This document shows, piece after piece, positions 37,959 to 47,816 of a stretch of 64,000 nt of DNA (positions are counted from its first letter, which is position 1; every line of letters starts with the position of its first letter). Where the stretch lies: the NCBI GenBank assembly GCA_031256195.1, contig JAIRRB010000037.1, positions 3,473 through 67,472 on the forward strand, written 5' to 3'. The position numbers were made by a program, and so were the translations under genes. A model generated the notes under the pieces. It was given only the letters and a program-made list of their open reading frames with translations. It did no database searches and was not told the DNA's origin. Source of the DNA: Treponema sp. (GTDB lineage Bacteria > Spirochaetota > Spirochaetia > Treponematales > Breznakiellaceae).

Positions 37959-39314
37959 TCACTTATTGGCTTCGGCTATTTTGGTATTCCAGTCCTGCGA
38001 GACCGACTCTACCAACTGAGCGGGTTCGCCGTCATGGAACCACATATTCCAGGCAATGTCGCCGCGTTCCAGGCCATTGATGTAGGTAAAATATTTTATC
38101 ATGGCGATTTTAGGATCGCGAACCAGCGCCAGGGTTTCATCAACGGCGCGGGGGTCACGGAAATAGTTGTATTGTCCGGATTTCCAGTCGTCATCAGCGG
38201 GAGTATACCACAGCGCCACCGCCCACAGAATTTTTTCCACTTCCGCGGGTTTGTAGGTGGCGGGGATGACCATCAGGTTATCACGGCTATACACGCGGTA
38301 GGTAGAGGATTTCGGCCCCTTGGGGAACAGTACCATGCCCCAGTCATCTTTCATTCTGTTCAGCTCAACAGAATCACTGTTGGCTACAAACGATTCATCA
38401 ATCCGCATCGCTACCTTTCCGTCAATAAACTCGGATTTGTACCAATCCCAGTTACTGTTCTCCGGCCTCTGCTTCAAAACGCCTTCGGTATTCAGCCTGA
38501 TGGCAAACTGCAGGGCTTCCAGGAATTCGGGCCTGCCGGTCGCGTTGACAAATCTTCCGGTTTTGGGGTCTTTGTCCACATAGGTGGCGCCGTTGCTGGA
38601 AATTATCGCGTCCAGCATTTCCGTAGAAAGGTCTCTGCACATGGCATAGGTATCAATGATACCGTTGTTGTTGATATCCCGTGTCAGTTTTTTACAAATA
38701 TCAAGAAAAGCGGTCCAGGTCCAGGTACCCGCTTTCTGCATATCGTAGGGAAGGTTGGGATCAAGGCCCGCTTCCCTGAAAAGCCGCTTGTTAAAAAACA
38801 GCGCCTGGAAATTGTTCAAATTCACGCCGACCGAGAAGGCATAGGCCTTGCCGTCAAAGGTAAAAGAATCAATCGTCGGCTGGTTAAATTCTACCGGTAA
38901 ATACCCCTTGCCAATAGGCTGCGGATTTTTGATATTAACGGTTTTACTGTCACTTAACGAAGCAAGCAGACCCCGCGCCCTCATCGCCATAGCCCAGTTC
39001 GGCTGCAGCATAAAAACATGCGCATCGGGCGTTCCGGACATGGTGGAAATGACCGCTTTCTGCTGCATTCCGTTCCAGTCGGTAATGGCTTTTTCTCTGA
39101 TAACAACGCCGTTTTCTTCCATAAGTTTCTTGCGCTGGGCAAGCGTTTTTTCGGCGCTCTCGTTCTGCGGTTTTCTGGTATTGACGTCATAATCCGCCCA
39201 CCAGTTGCCAATAATAATTTCCATACCCTTTACGTCCGGCTTGCCTCCGCCCCACGCGGGAAACGCCGCAATGAGCGCCAGTACAACCAGCGCCATAGTC
39301 ATTTTTTTCAGCAT
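37959..39314 (-). CDS. Carbohydrate ABC solute-binding protein
   Basis: Spirochetal-type signal (AFPAWGGG), [34 protein letters not shown]. Confidence 0.9.
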   Translation of the reverse strand: MLKKMTMALVVLALIAAFPAWGGGKPDVKGMEIIIGNWWADYDVNTRKPQNESAEKTLAQRKKLMEENGVVIREKAITDWNGMQQKAVISTMSGTPDAHVFMLQPNWAMAMRARGLLASLSDSKTVNIKNPQPIGKGYLPVEFNQPTIDSFTFDGKAYAFSVGVNLNNFQALFFNKRLFREAGLDPNLPYDMQKAGTWTWTAFLDICKKLTRDINNNGIIDTYAMCRDLSTEMLDAIISSNGATYVDKDPKTGRFVNATGRPEFLEALQFAIRLNTEGVLKQRPENSNWDWYKSEFIDGKVAMRIDESFVANSDSVELNRMKDDWGMVLFPKGPKSSTYRVYSRDNLMVIPATYKPAEVEKILWAVALWYTPADDDWKSGQYNYFRDPRAVDETLALVRDPKIAMIKYFTYINGLERGDIAWNMWFHDGEPAQLVESVSQDWNTKIAEANK

Positions 39315-39413
39315 TATATGCCTCCTCAATAAAATATTATCTCAAGCGGCGGCCGCAGAACGGCGCCCGCATTGAAATCCGGAAACAAACAAAAAACATT
39401 GGTTTTGTTTGTT

Positions 39414-40412
39414 CTACATCTTAATCCCTGTCTGACTGAGGGACTCAACAAAAGCCTTCTGCGCCACCAGATACAACAGTACCAGCGGGGCAAGGCATAT
39501 CAGCATACCTGTGGCGATCATCGCCTGGGTATATCCCACCGGCGCCGCCGAAAAAACAGCGCCCGAACTGCTGTTCATCGACGACCACCACGCGCCCAGC
39601 CGGTCGGCAATCCCGCTCAGGCCGATTGACAGCATCTTATAATTGCTTAAAAACAATGAGGAGTAAAAAGAATCCGTCCATTGCCACACAAAGGAAAACA
39701 ACAGACAGGAAGTGAGCATGGGCGTCGCGTCAGGAAGCATTATCCTGATAAAAGTCTTGAATCTGCCGCAGCCGTCTACCCATGCCGCTTCTTCAAGCTC
39801 TTTGGGCATACCCCGGAAATACTGCCTGAGCATAAAAATGTATAATCCGCTTTTCAGGCCCATGCCCGTGGCCGAAAGCAGCCAAAAACACGCGGCGCTG
39901 TTCAGCAGATTAATCGGCCTGCCCGTTATCAGCCGCGCCAGGCCAAATATGTCAAAGAAACGGAAATTCAGGTAGAGCGAAGCCATAATAGTCTGGGGCG
40001 GTACGACAATAATCAGCATAACGCACATAAACCAGAAATTTTTCAGCGGAAATTTATAACGGGCAAAACCGTAGCCCGCCAGAGTACACGCGGAAACCTG
40101 TAAAAGCGAACTAACTACTATGATAATCATGGTTTGAAGCAGCGAAGGCCCAAAATTGAGCAGTTGGCCTGCCAGCGTATAATTCCCCAGCGTAAAATTA
40201 CGAGGGATGCTGACAACGGTACTGTCGTACAAATCCTGCTGTTCCATAAAGCTGACGCTGAGTTTGTCCAGCAGCGGCTGCAGGATAAGAAAACACAGGC
40301 CAAAGAGCAGTACCGCACGGCAGAATTTATATACTATGCCGCCAATATTTTTTTGCAGATGGTATGAGCGGGATATAACGCCCCAATCTCCGGTTTTTTC
40401 ATTATTACTCAT
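39414..40412 (-). CDS. Carbohydrate ABC permease (MalG-like)
   Basis: LRQYFRGMPKELEEAAWVDGCG EAA loop, FVWQWTD. Confidence 0.95.
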   Translation of the reverse strand: MSNNEKTGDWGVISRSYHLQKNIGGIVYKFCRAVLLFGLCFLILQPLLDKLSVSFMEQQDLYDSTVVSIPRNFTLGNYTLAGQLLNFGPSLLQTMIIIVVSSLLQVSACTLAGYGFARYKFPLKNFWFMCVMLIIVVPPQTIMASLYLNFRFFDIFGLARLITGRPINLLNSAACFWLLSATGMGLKSGLYIFMLRQYFRGMPKELEEAAWVDGCGRFKTFIRIMLPDATPMLTSCLLFSFVWQWTDSFYSSLFLSNYKMLSIGLSGIADRLGAWWSSMNSSSGAVFSAAPVGYTQAMIATGMLICLAPLVLLYLVAQKAFVESLSQTGIKM

Positions 40413-41331
40413 AGTAGTACACCTTCCTGGAAATTAACGCCATCGCGATGCCGATGATCACAATAACGGAAAGAAAATACACCCAGGCCATAGCGGTAGA
40501 AAAACCATATTCCATACGCTGCATCATGGTTACCCTTATTTTTTCCATGACACGGTTATCGGTTCTGATAAAATAATCCACTACGCTGTAGACAACATTA
40601 ACAAGAATCAGGGGGCTGACCATAGGGAAGGTGATTTTCCAGAAACACTCCCAGGCGGTTGACCCCTCAATTTTCGCCGCCTCGAACATACTGACCGGAA
40701 TTGTCTGTAGGGCGGAAAGGAAAATTATTATCTGAATGCCGGAAGCCATCGCAATATCGTAAATTTGATTTATGATACGGAAAATATACGCCATAAAATC
40801 GCTTGCGGCCCCTTCGGCGACGAGTACTTCCTCCAGTACGCCGGTAATCGACGATTTCATCAAATTGCCTCTTTTAATTATTTCCGCCATGCTGCTCAAA
40901 AGGGTATTATTGGTTTCAAGCCCAATCATAATGCCGGAAGAAAGGATTACCGGCAGAAAGAAAATCGCCCGCACCACTCCCCTTGCCTTAAATTCCTGAT
41001 TCAGGATGAGAGCTACAAACAGACTGAAAATAATGACCGCGGGAACTATCAAAACCATACGCCCAATTTCTTCGGCCAGCATCCGGTAAAATTCCGGATC
41101 AATCAGAAGAACGCGCTTTAAATTATCCATCCCCGAAAATTCCATGGAGAATCCGTTTTTTACCAGATCGATATTGACGGTGCTGAATACCATGCGCAGG
41201 GATTCCAGAATGGGCAAAAACATAAACGCCAAGAGGCCAATCAGGAAGGGCAGAATAAACAAATACCCGGCAGCCGCGTTTTTGCCTTCAAGCGTCAGGG
41301 AAAATTTATCGTTCTTTTTAATAAAATACAT
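40405..41331 (-). CDS. Carbohydrate ABC permease (MalF-like)
   Basis: GYLFILPF, RAIFFLPV, MFEAAKIEGST.WECFWKITFP. Confidence 0.95.
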   Translation of the reverse strand: MYFIKKNDKFSLTLEGKNAAAGYLFILPFLIGLLAFMFLPILESLRMVFSTVNIDLVKNGFSMEFSGMDNLKRVLLIDPEFYRMLAEEIGRMVLIVPAVIIFSLFVALILNQEFKARGVVRAIFFLPVILSSGIMIGLETNNTLLSSMAEIIKRGNLMKSSITGVLEEVLVAEGAASDFMAYIFRIINQIYDIAMASGIQIIIFLSALQTIPVSMFEAAKIEGSTAWECFWKITFPMVSPLILVNVVYSVVDYFIRTDNRVMEKIRVTMMQRMEYGFSTAMAWVYFLSVIVIIGIAMALISRKVYYYE

Positions 41332-43871
41332 CAGTATCCTCCCCGCCGCAGTACCGCATAACTGTGCGCATTGATTACAACGCCGTCATAATTAACGGCG
41401 TCATCGCCGCCGTTAACGGCAACACGGGTTCCGTCTTCGTATTCGGTCAGCGTCAGTCCCGCGGATAAAATGACATGATTGGTAATCGCCTGGTCGTACA
41501 GGCCCGCAAAATCGGCGCTGAACTTTTGGTACAGGGCATTGGCGTCTCCTGACCATTTATCGTATTCATTGGCATAAAACTGCCGGAATTTTGTTTCCTG
41601 CAAGATAGAAGTTTCTTCGGTTATAAAACTGAAGTACAGTCCCGCCCCGCTTTCAATGGTTTTAAGCAGGTTTTTGGTGTAATCTTCGGCAAGATTTATC
41701 GCCGGCCCGGTATAGGGAACCAGGCCGTGAAGAACAATCGGGTAAAACGGAACCGCGGCATCGGTGATGCCAAAACTTTGATCATCAATGGCCATGCCGG
41801 TAATAAAATCGGCCCAGGGCGCCGCATAGGCATAACCGGTGTTCAACAAAACGCCGGTTCCCCCGCGGTTTAATTCCGCCAGTTTTTCCTGCCGCATCTT
41901 CATTGAGGCCTCACGGCTGACCAGCCGCTTTTCATGGTAATCGCCGGAAAGTCTCGCGCCCAGGCTTCTGAAGGCAAGGTTATGCAGGCCCAGCGCGGCG
42001 GCCTTGCGCGTAAAACTGTCTATCAGGGACATCATGTAGGCAGGGCGGGCAAGGTAACTGAGTTTGCCCCAGCGGATGCGCTCGCCAAACCATACAAAAC
42101 TGTAGGGATATTTTTCTATCCGCTTGCGGTTTACATAGCGGGCGGCGTCACGGTACAGGCTGAACCCGTCAAAGGGCCTGATGTTCTTCATATACAGAAA
42201 GTCCGCTTCGGGAAAAATGGTATAGCCGTTTTTTTCCGCGGCGGATTCCAGATTCCTGAAATCTTTTTTGCTGCCCAACTCGCCTATCAGCGCAATTTTG
42301 GAAGGCACGGAATGATCGACGCTGCGGTTAAACCAGCCGGTAAGTTTTATCCGCACATTTTTCCAGCCCCATTGGGCAAAATCATCAATCATGCCCCGTG
42401 CCTCTTTATAGGAAGTAAGTTTAAGGGGCAGATCGAAGGGTATGCCCAGCCGGTGCTGCGTCTTGTTCACCGCGCCGGGAATTTCTATGGCAATGGGTAC
42501 GCCGTTTTCTTTCCCCGCACCCAAAGACGAATATGTACGCATAAGCCATGAACGGTATTCTTTAGCCATGCCCACATAGCCGCCGGAGGCGCAGGGGGTA
42601 TAGCGCAGGGTAATACTCTCGCCTGAAGGCAGGCTTTTTTCATAAAGGAAGACCGCCCGGTCGGAACGGCCTGAAATATCTATTATCGCGCCATGAACCA
42701 TGTTAAAGCGGGAATACACATTGTTCCACGAACTGTTACGGCCCGATACATCGGCCCGCACTCCGGCATAGGAAGCCCCTTCTTCGATGACGCATAACAA
42801 AGCATGTCCGTTTTTCTGTATGCCAAAGGCCGGGAAGGGGGCTTTATTGTCATTGACTATCGCATCGCGGGGCATGGCTTCGTCCCAGCCATACACATTG
42901 TTGTTATACGCTATTTGGCTCTGCTTTCCGTTGTTAAAGTATATCAGCGCCCCGCTGCCGTCCGGCACCAGCATATACCCCTGGTCATTTATGCCGCCCG
43001 AACCCATAAAGGGCAAAAGGCTTAATTGGGTTATGGGATACGGGGGACGGTATGCTATTTTGTCAAACGGCACATTAAGCACCAGGGATTTTCCGTCAAG
43101 CGTATAGCGCAGCGTTATGTTAAACGCGGGTTTGTCCGCGCCGCCGGATGCCGTATAACGGGAAGAATCTTCATAATAATCATCATAGGTGTAACCGGCA
43201 TCCGCGAAAAATCCTTCCATCATTTCTTTCATATATTCCTGGGTATTGTCACGCAGGACATATACTTTTGTCCGGTTAAGGTCGGGATAACTGGACAGCA
43301 GCAGGCTTTTGTCATCGCCTGAACGCAGATTGTTGATGTCGTAGAGCCGGTAACTGGCTTCAATTTTGCGCCGGTCATCACGTTCCATTTTTTCCAGAAA
43401 CGATACCATCCTCTGTTCCGGCGTCGCCGGAGGAATAATATAACTGCGGGCAATGTCGCCGATGGTATAACGCACTTCAAGACCGTTGTCCTGCAGGGCA
43501 TAGTCATAAGCGTGCAAGTCTACGCTGTTAAGGCCCGAATACAGGGTCATGCCGACACCGGCGACATCGGCGTATTCCAGCGAAAACTGGGATTCCAAAA
43601 AATATTTGGTTACCACATCGGCCAGCGGGTCGTTTGCGGCATTCTGCGGATTGGAACGCCACTGCACGCCGCTTGCCCTGTCGGTCAGTATTATTTCCGC
43701 AGTCTGCGGCAGGAAACGGAGTTCAAGGTGTTCATTCTCCAGTATAATATCTTCCGTACTTCCGTCATTTTCATATATAACAACATTCCTGGCCCTTGAC
43801 GCCTGCTTGCCGCAGGAGTTCAGGGTCAAGAGCATGAATACAACTGTAAAAATTCCAACTATCTTTTTCAC
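41331..43871 (-). CDS. Large uncharacterised lipoprotein (DUF5696-like)
   Basis: Lipobox LNSC; W.SNP, LLPFMG, GY.LVPDGSGALI, YG.D, P.FG, C-terminal YEDG..V.VN; position in an SBP-permease-NHL-Yip1 cluster. Confidence 0.72.
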   Translation of the reverse strand: MKKIVGIFTVVFMLLTLNSCGKQASRARNVVIYENDGSTEDIILENEHLELRFLPQTAEIILTDRASGVQWRSNPQNAANDPLADVVTKYFLESQFSLEYADVAGVGMTLYSGLNSVDLHAYDYALQDNGLEVRYTIGDIARSYIIPPATPEQRMVSFLEKMERDDRRKIEASYRLYDINNLRSGDDKSLLLSSYPDLNRTKVYVLRDNTQEYMKEMMEGFFADAGYTYDDYYEDSSRYTASGGADKPAFNITLRYTLDGKSLVLNVPFDKIAYRPPYPITQLSLLPFMGSGGINDQGYMLVPDGSGALIYFNNGKQSQIAYNNNVYGWDEAMPRDAIVNDNKAPFPAFGIQKNGHALLCVIEEGASYAGVRADVSGRNSSWNNVYSRFNMVHGAIIDISGRSDRAVFLYEKSLPSGESITLRYTPCASGGYVGMAKEYRSWLMRTYSSLGAGKENGVPIAIEIPGAVNKTQHRLGIPFDLPLKLTSYKEARGMIDDFAQWGWKNVRIKLTGWFNRSVDHSVPSKIALIGELGSKKDFRNLESAAEKNGYTIFPEADFLYMKNIRPFDGFSLYRDAARYVNRKRIEKYPYSFVWFGERIRWGKLSYLARPAYMMSLIDSFTRKAAALGLHNLAFRSLGARLSGDYHEKRLVSREASMKMRQEKLAELNRGGTGVLLNTGYAYAAPWADFITGMAIDDQSFGITDAAVPFYPIVLHGLVPYTGPAINLAEDYTKNLLKTIESGAGLYFSFITEETSILQETKFRQFYANEYDKWSGDANALYQKFSADFAGLYDQAITNHVILSAGLTLTEYEDGTRVAVNGGDDAVNYDGVVINAHSYAVLRRGGY

Positions 43872-43879
43872 CGTTACCC

Positions 43880-44536
43880 CTACATCACCCTGAACAGTAT
43901 TTCCTTATACAGCGAAACGAAGTACGCCGCCGCATCGCTGATAAGGCTGAAAAACACCACAAAAATAAACACCATCACCCCCATTCCGACAATGGTAAGC
44001 AGGCTGGAAAGCACCGTTTTGGTCAAACTGTAATCATGTATCATCATCATGCCGGCAAGAATCAGTATGGCTGTCCATAACACCGAAAAACCCGCCAGCA
44101 CCCAGTAGACCGCCCCTTCATCAAAGGTGATAAGCCGGCTAAGAACAATCATGACCGCGTTGATAATAACCGAGGGGGCCAGGGCGTAGGCAACGGCCAT
44201 ATAAATATCGCGCATCCGCCCCTTGCCGTCCATCAGGGTGGTCAGACTCCAGTTCGCCACAACCCACAAAAGAATCGGCAGGAGTATCCGCAGCATTACA
44301 ATGACCGCGTTAAAATACTCCATGTTAATCGTAACAAACTGAAAATTGGTTAATGTGAGGCGCAATATCTCGACCAGCACCGCAAGGGCGACAATGATAT
44401 TTGCCGCCGCCAGGGAGCCGCGTTTTTCGTGGGTTAAATCCCAGAAACCGTCAAGGGGATGAAGGGCGGTATACAGCGAATAGCGCAAAGTTGTTCCCAG
44501 TCGCCGCCACCAGGCTTTGTCCGGCAGGTATTTCAT
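43880..44536 (-). CDS. Yip1-domain membrane protein
   Basis: HP.DGFWDL..EKRGS, ANW...TLMDGKG, IHDYS; about 5 TM helices. Confidence 0.8.
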   Translation of the reverse strand: MKYLPDKAWWRRLGTTLRYSLYTALHPLDGFWDLTHEKRGSLAAANIIVALAVLVEILRLTLTNFQFVTINMEYFNAVIVMLRILLPILLWVVANWSLTTLMDGKGRMRDIYMAVAYALAPSVIINAVMIVLSRLITFDEGAVYWVLAGFSVLWTAILILAGMMMIHDYSLTKTVLSSLLTIVGMGVMVFIFVVFFSLISDAAAYFVSLYKEILFRVM

Positions 44537-45978
44537 TCTTCCCTGACCTCCCTGCCGATTTTTACGGCGGTTTTTACCAGCGGCGGCGCCAATAAAACAA
44601 CCGCCAGCGCCAGCAGCATTTTCCAGAGGTTTTCTTCCATGAATTGCTTGCGGTATAACTGGTAAGCCTTGCCGTAGCCTTCGCGGAAATGTTTAAGTTT
44701 GTAGTATTTCATCGCCTTTTGGTATTCGCCCTGCCGGAGCGCCGCCCGGCCTATGCCGATATAGGCAAGGTCATAATTGCCGTTCATTTTGAGCACTTCT
44801 TCCCAAACCGCCGCCGAAGATTCATAGCGGCCCGCCTGATATTCATCCAGAGCCTTGTTTACCTTTTCTCCGTAACCGGTCATATCAAAACGGGTAAGGG
44901 CGGCGGCCCGTGAATCAATGACATACAGGGAACGTCCCATCTGGGCAAGAGCGGTCGGCTGCAGGAAGCAGCCCTCCCGGTTGCCAAGACCGCCAAAGGC
45001 GTACAAAAGATTCCCCTGAAAATCGTATACAAAAATCCGCCCCCGCACACGGTCAAGGCAGGCATACGAATCATTATCCATAGCCGCCACGTCAACAAAC
45101 TTTGAGGGACCAAGTACGCCGCCCGCGTTGCCGTAAGCCAGGTCGCCGACCGGGTCTTCATAGCCGTTACGAATCAAAATATCCTGCCCCATGGCGTTAA
45201 GCCGCCGGATAGGGTCAGTCTGTTCATTTGCGTTAGTGACATAAACAAAACCGTCACGGTCAAGACAGAGATTGCTGTACTCGGTAGGGATAAACAGTTC
45301 CATCCGCTCTTTTTGCGCCTGGGTAGCAAGAAGTTTCCACACATAGTCAATAATATTGACCTTTACCTTGTTTGCCCCCATGTAACCGGAAAAGGTTCCC
45401 CGGCTGTCAAATTCCAGCAAACCCTTGTTGATATTCCGGGCCTGCACAAAGAGACGGTCGGCAAAATCAACAACCAGTTTCAGCGGCAAAAATTCCGCGT
45501 GCTCTTCGATGCTTTCATCTTCGGGCTTTAATACGGAAGCGACATAGTTCCAGTTCCGGTCCAGTTTGAGTATGCGGTGATTGTTGGTATCGGCAATGTA
45601 TAAAAAGCCGTTTCTGCTTTCAAAAATATCCATGGGATAATTAAAAGGACTCTGCTCACCGTCAATCAGCACCGAGCTAACCGCCGATACCAGCCGGTGT
45701 TCCCCGTTTTCATAAGCCAGAAGGAGTATCCGGTTGTTGCCCGAATCGCAGATGTATATGCGGTTATCCCGGACAAAAAGCCCCTGAGGATCGCGGAAAT
45801 TGCCGACGCCCAGAGCCGTACCCATGATATACGCATTGACATAGTAGGCGTCGGGAGAGGAAACATTCTCCTGCCAGAAATCGTAGTTGTAGGTGTAATT
45901 GGTCGGCTCCGCCGACAATGAGGAAGAAGGAACAAGGAATGAGGCATAAAGTAAAAAAGCGCATAACAAATATTTCAT
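44533..45978 (-). CDS. NHL-repeat beta-propeller + TPR protein with C-terminal membrane anchor
   Basis: Signal peptide; PQGLFV..IYICDSGNNRI and P.DIF..LYIADTNNHRI NHL repeats; TPR-like W..VLKMN.NY.LAY.GIG; C-terminal TM. Confidence 0.85.
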   Translation of the reverse strand: MKYLLCAFLLYASFLVPSSSLSAEPTNYTYNYDFWQENVSSPDAYYVNAYIMGTALGVGNFRDPQGLFVRDNRIYICDSGNNRILLLAYENGEHRLVSAVSSVLIDGEQSPFNYPMDIFESRNGFLYIADTNNHRILKLDRNWNYVASVLKPEDESIEEHAEFLPLKLVVDFADRLFVQARNINKGLLEFDSRGTFSGYMGANKVKVNIIDYVWKLLATQAQKERMELFIPTEYSNLCLDRDGFVYVTNANEQTDPIRRLNAMGQDILIRNGYEDPVGDLAYGNAGGVLGPSKFVDVAAMDNDSYACLDRVRGRIFVYDFQGNLLYAFGGLGNREGCFLQPTALAQMGRSLYVIDSRAAALTRFDMTGYGEKVNKALDEYQAGRYESSAAVWEEVLKMNGNYDLAYIGIGRAALRQGEYQKAMKYYKLKHFREGYGKAYQLYRKQFMEENLWKMLLALAVVLLAPPLVKTAVKIGREVREE

Positions 45979-45980
45979 GT

Positions 45981-46865
45981 TTATTCCTTTATCCCCGAAC
46001 TTGCCATTGTTTGCAGAATATTACTCTGGGCAAAAATGAACATGACCAGCGGTACGACCATAACAAAGAGCGTTACCGCCGCCCCCACTCCGGCGCGGGC
46101 TATGCCGCCTGAAATAATCTGTGAAAGCGCATAGGGCAGGGTTTTAAGCTGCTCCGAATAGATAAAATTGGAAGCGCGGGCATTCCACAGATTCTGTACG
46201 GAAAAAATCATTACGGTCAGCCACGCGGGCTTTACCATGGGAAGGATTATCCACAGAAAAATGCGCCATTCTTTCGCGCCGTCAACCTTTGCCGCTTCCA
46301 GAAGGGTATTTGGTATGGTATCAATAAACTGTTTAAGCAAGAAGAAGCCCATCGGCATGGCGAATGCCGGTACAATAATGGAAAGATAGGTATCGACCCA
46401 GCCGAGTTTGGTCATTACCAGATAGTTGGGAATCGCCGTAACATAACCGGAGAACATCAGGGTGACAATGACCACGTTAAAAAACAGTTTCGCGCCGGGG
46501 AAACGGTATTTGGATACCACAAAGGCCCCCATCGAAGCCACGATAATAAGGCCGCCCGTTCCCACGGCGGTAATCAGCACGGTATTAAAAATATAGCGGG
46601 AAAAGGTAACCCAGGACTTGCTCATAATGATAAACAGGTCCTGAAAATTATTCATCGTGGGCTGGCGCACCCACAGTTTGGGCGGAAACAGGAAAATCTC
46701 GTTTAGGGGTTTGAACGCATTGTTAACGGCATACACCAGAGGATAGGCAAAAAACAGGCCGAAGACCGTCAGAATGACAAAAATAAACGCGTCGCCGCCA
46801 TAGGAACGGTTCAGCCGTCTGCCGCCTATCAGTTTTTTTGTTTTTTTCGCCGGTTTTACTGCCAT
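45981..46865 (-). CDS. Carbohydrate ABC permease (MalG-like)
   Basis: KQFIDTIPNTLLEAAKVDGA EAA loop. Confidence 0.95.
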   Translation of the reverse strand: MAVKPAKKTKKLIGGRRLNRSYGGDAFIFVILTVFGLFFAYPLVYAVNNAFKPLNEIFLFPPKLWVRQPTMNNFQDLFIIMSKSWVTFSRYIFNTVLITAVGTGGLIIVASMGAFVVSKYRFPGAKLFFNVVIVTLMFSGYVTAIPNYLVMTKLGWVDTYLSIIVPAFAMPMGFFLLKQFIDTIPNTLLEAAKVDGAKEWRIFLWIILPMVKPAWLTVMIFSVQNLWNARASNFIYSEQLKTLPYALSQIISGGIARAGVGAAVTLFVMVVPLVMFIFAQSNILQTMASSGIKE

Positions 46866-46874
46866 TTTCCGTCC

Positions 46875-47807
46875 TTAAGTCCCCACGCGGCGCAGGAATT
46901 TCTGCACCAGCGTATTACAGATAATCATGGTTAAAAACAGCAGGGTCGCAATGGCTGACGCATAACCCATTTCAAAACGAATCGAACCGTAATCAACCAG
47001 ATGATTCACCACGGTATGCACCGCATAATCCGTACTGGGGAATCCCGCCAGAGCTACGGTGACATCGGCTACGCCGAAAGACTGGGTAATCGCCATGACC
47101 GCGCCGAACATCAACATTCCTTTCATATTGGGCAGGGTAATGTACCACAGTTCCTGCCAGCGGTTTCTTATGCCGTCCACCAGGCCCGCTTCATAGAGCG
47201 ATACGTCAATGGTGCTTAAACCCGCTATAAAAGCCAAAAATCCCGTTCCCAAACTCATCCATAGAATGACAACTAACATAACCGGCATCATGAATTTGGG
47301 GTCGGTCAGCCAGAGTTTAGGCTCGGACAAAATCCCCAAATGCAGCAAAAGTCCGTTGATATAGCCGTAGGCGTCGCCTGAAAAAATAATCGCCCATATC
47401 ATGTAAACCGCGCCGGAAATTGATGGCGCGTAAAATATCAGCGTTACCAGCGCGCGGATATAGCGGGGCAGTTCATTGATAAACCACGCGAACAGGAAAG
47501 AAAAAATATACCCAATGGGGCCGGTTATCGCCGCCATGATAAAGGTATTCTTCATCGCTTTAAGGAATACGTCATCGCCCAGCAAAAGATTGATATAATT
47601 GCGCAGGCCGATAAATTTGGGCGGTTCCAGAATGTTAAAATAGGTAAAGCTGTAAAATACCGAGACCACCAGCGGCGCGATAAAGAACAGGGCAAAAACT
47701 ATCGCATAGGGGGCAAGGAAAAAATAACACACGCGGCTTTTTGCTATTTCCCCCATCAGACGCAGGAAAGCCGTTTTCTTTTTTGCCGTATATCGCGCTA
47801 AACTCAT
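46875..47807 (-). CDS. Carbohydrate ABC permease (MalF-like)
   Basis: LYEAGLVDGIRNRWQELWYITLP, EMGYASAIA. Confidence 0.95.
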   Translation of the reverse strand: MSLARYTAKKKTAFLRLMGEIAKSRVCYFFLAPYAIVFALFFIAPLVVSVFYSFTYFNILEPPKFIGLRNYINLLLGDDVFLKAMKNTFIMAAITGPIGYIFSFLFAWFINELPRYIRALVTLIFYAPSISGAVYMIWAIIFSGDAYGYINGLLLHLGILSEPKLWLTDPKFMMPVMLVVILWMSLGTGFLAFIAGLSTIDVSLYEAGLVDGIRNRWQELWYITLPNMKGMLMFGAVMAITQSFGVADVTVALAGFPSTDYAVHTVVNHLVDYGSIRFEMGYASAIATLLFLTMIICNTLVQKFLRRVGT

Positions 47808-47816
47808 ACCACTCCC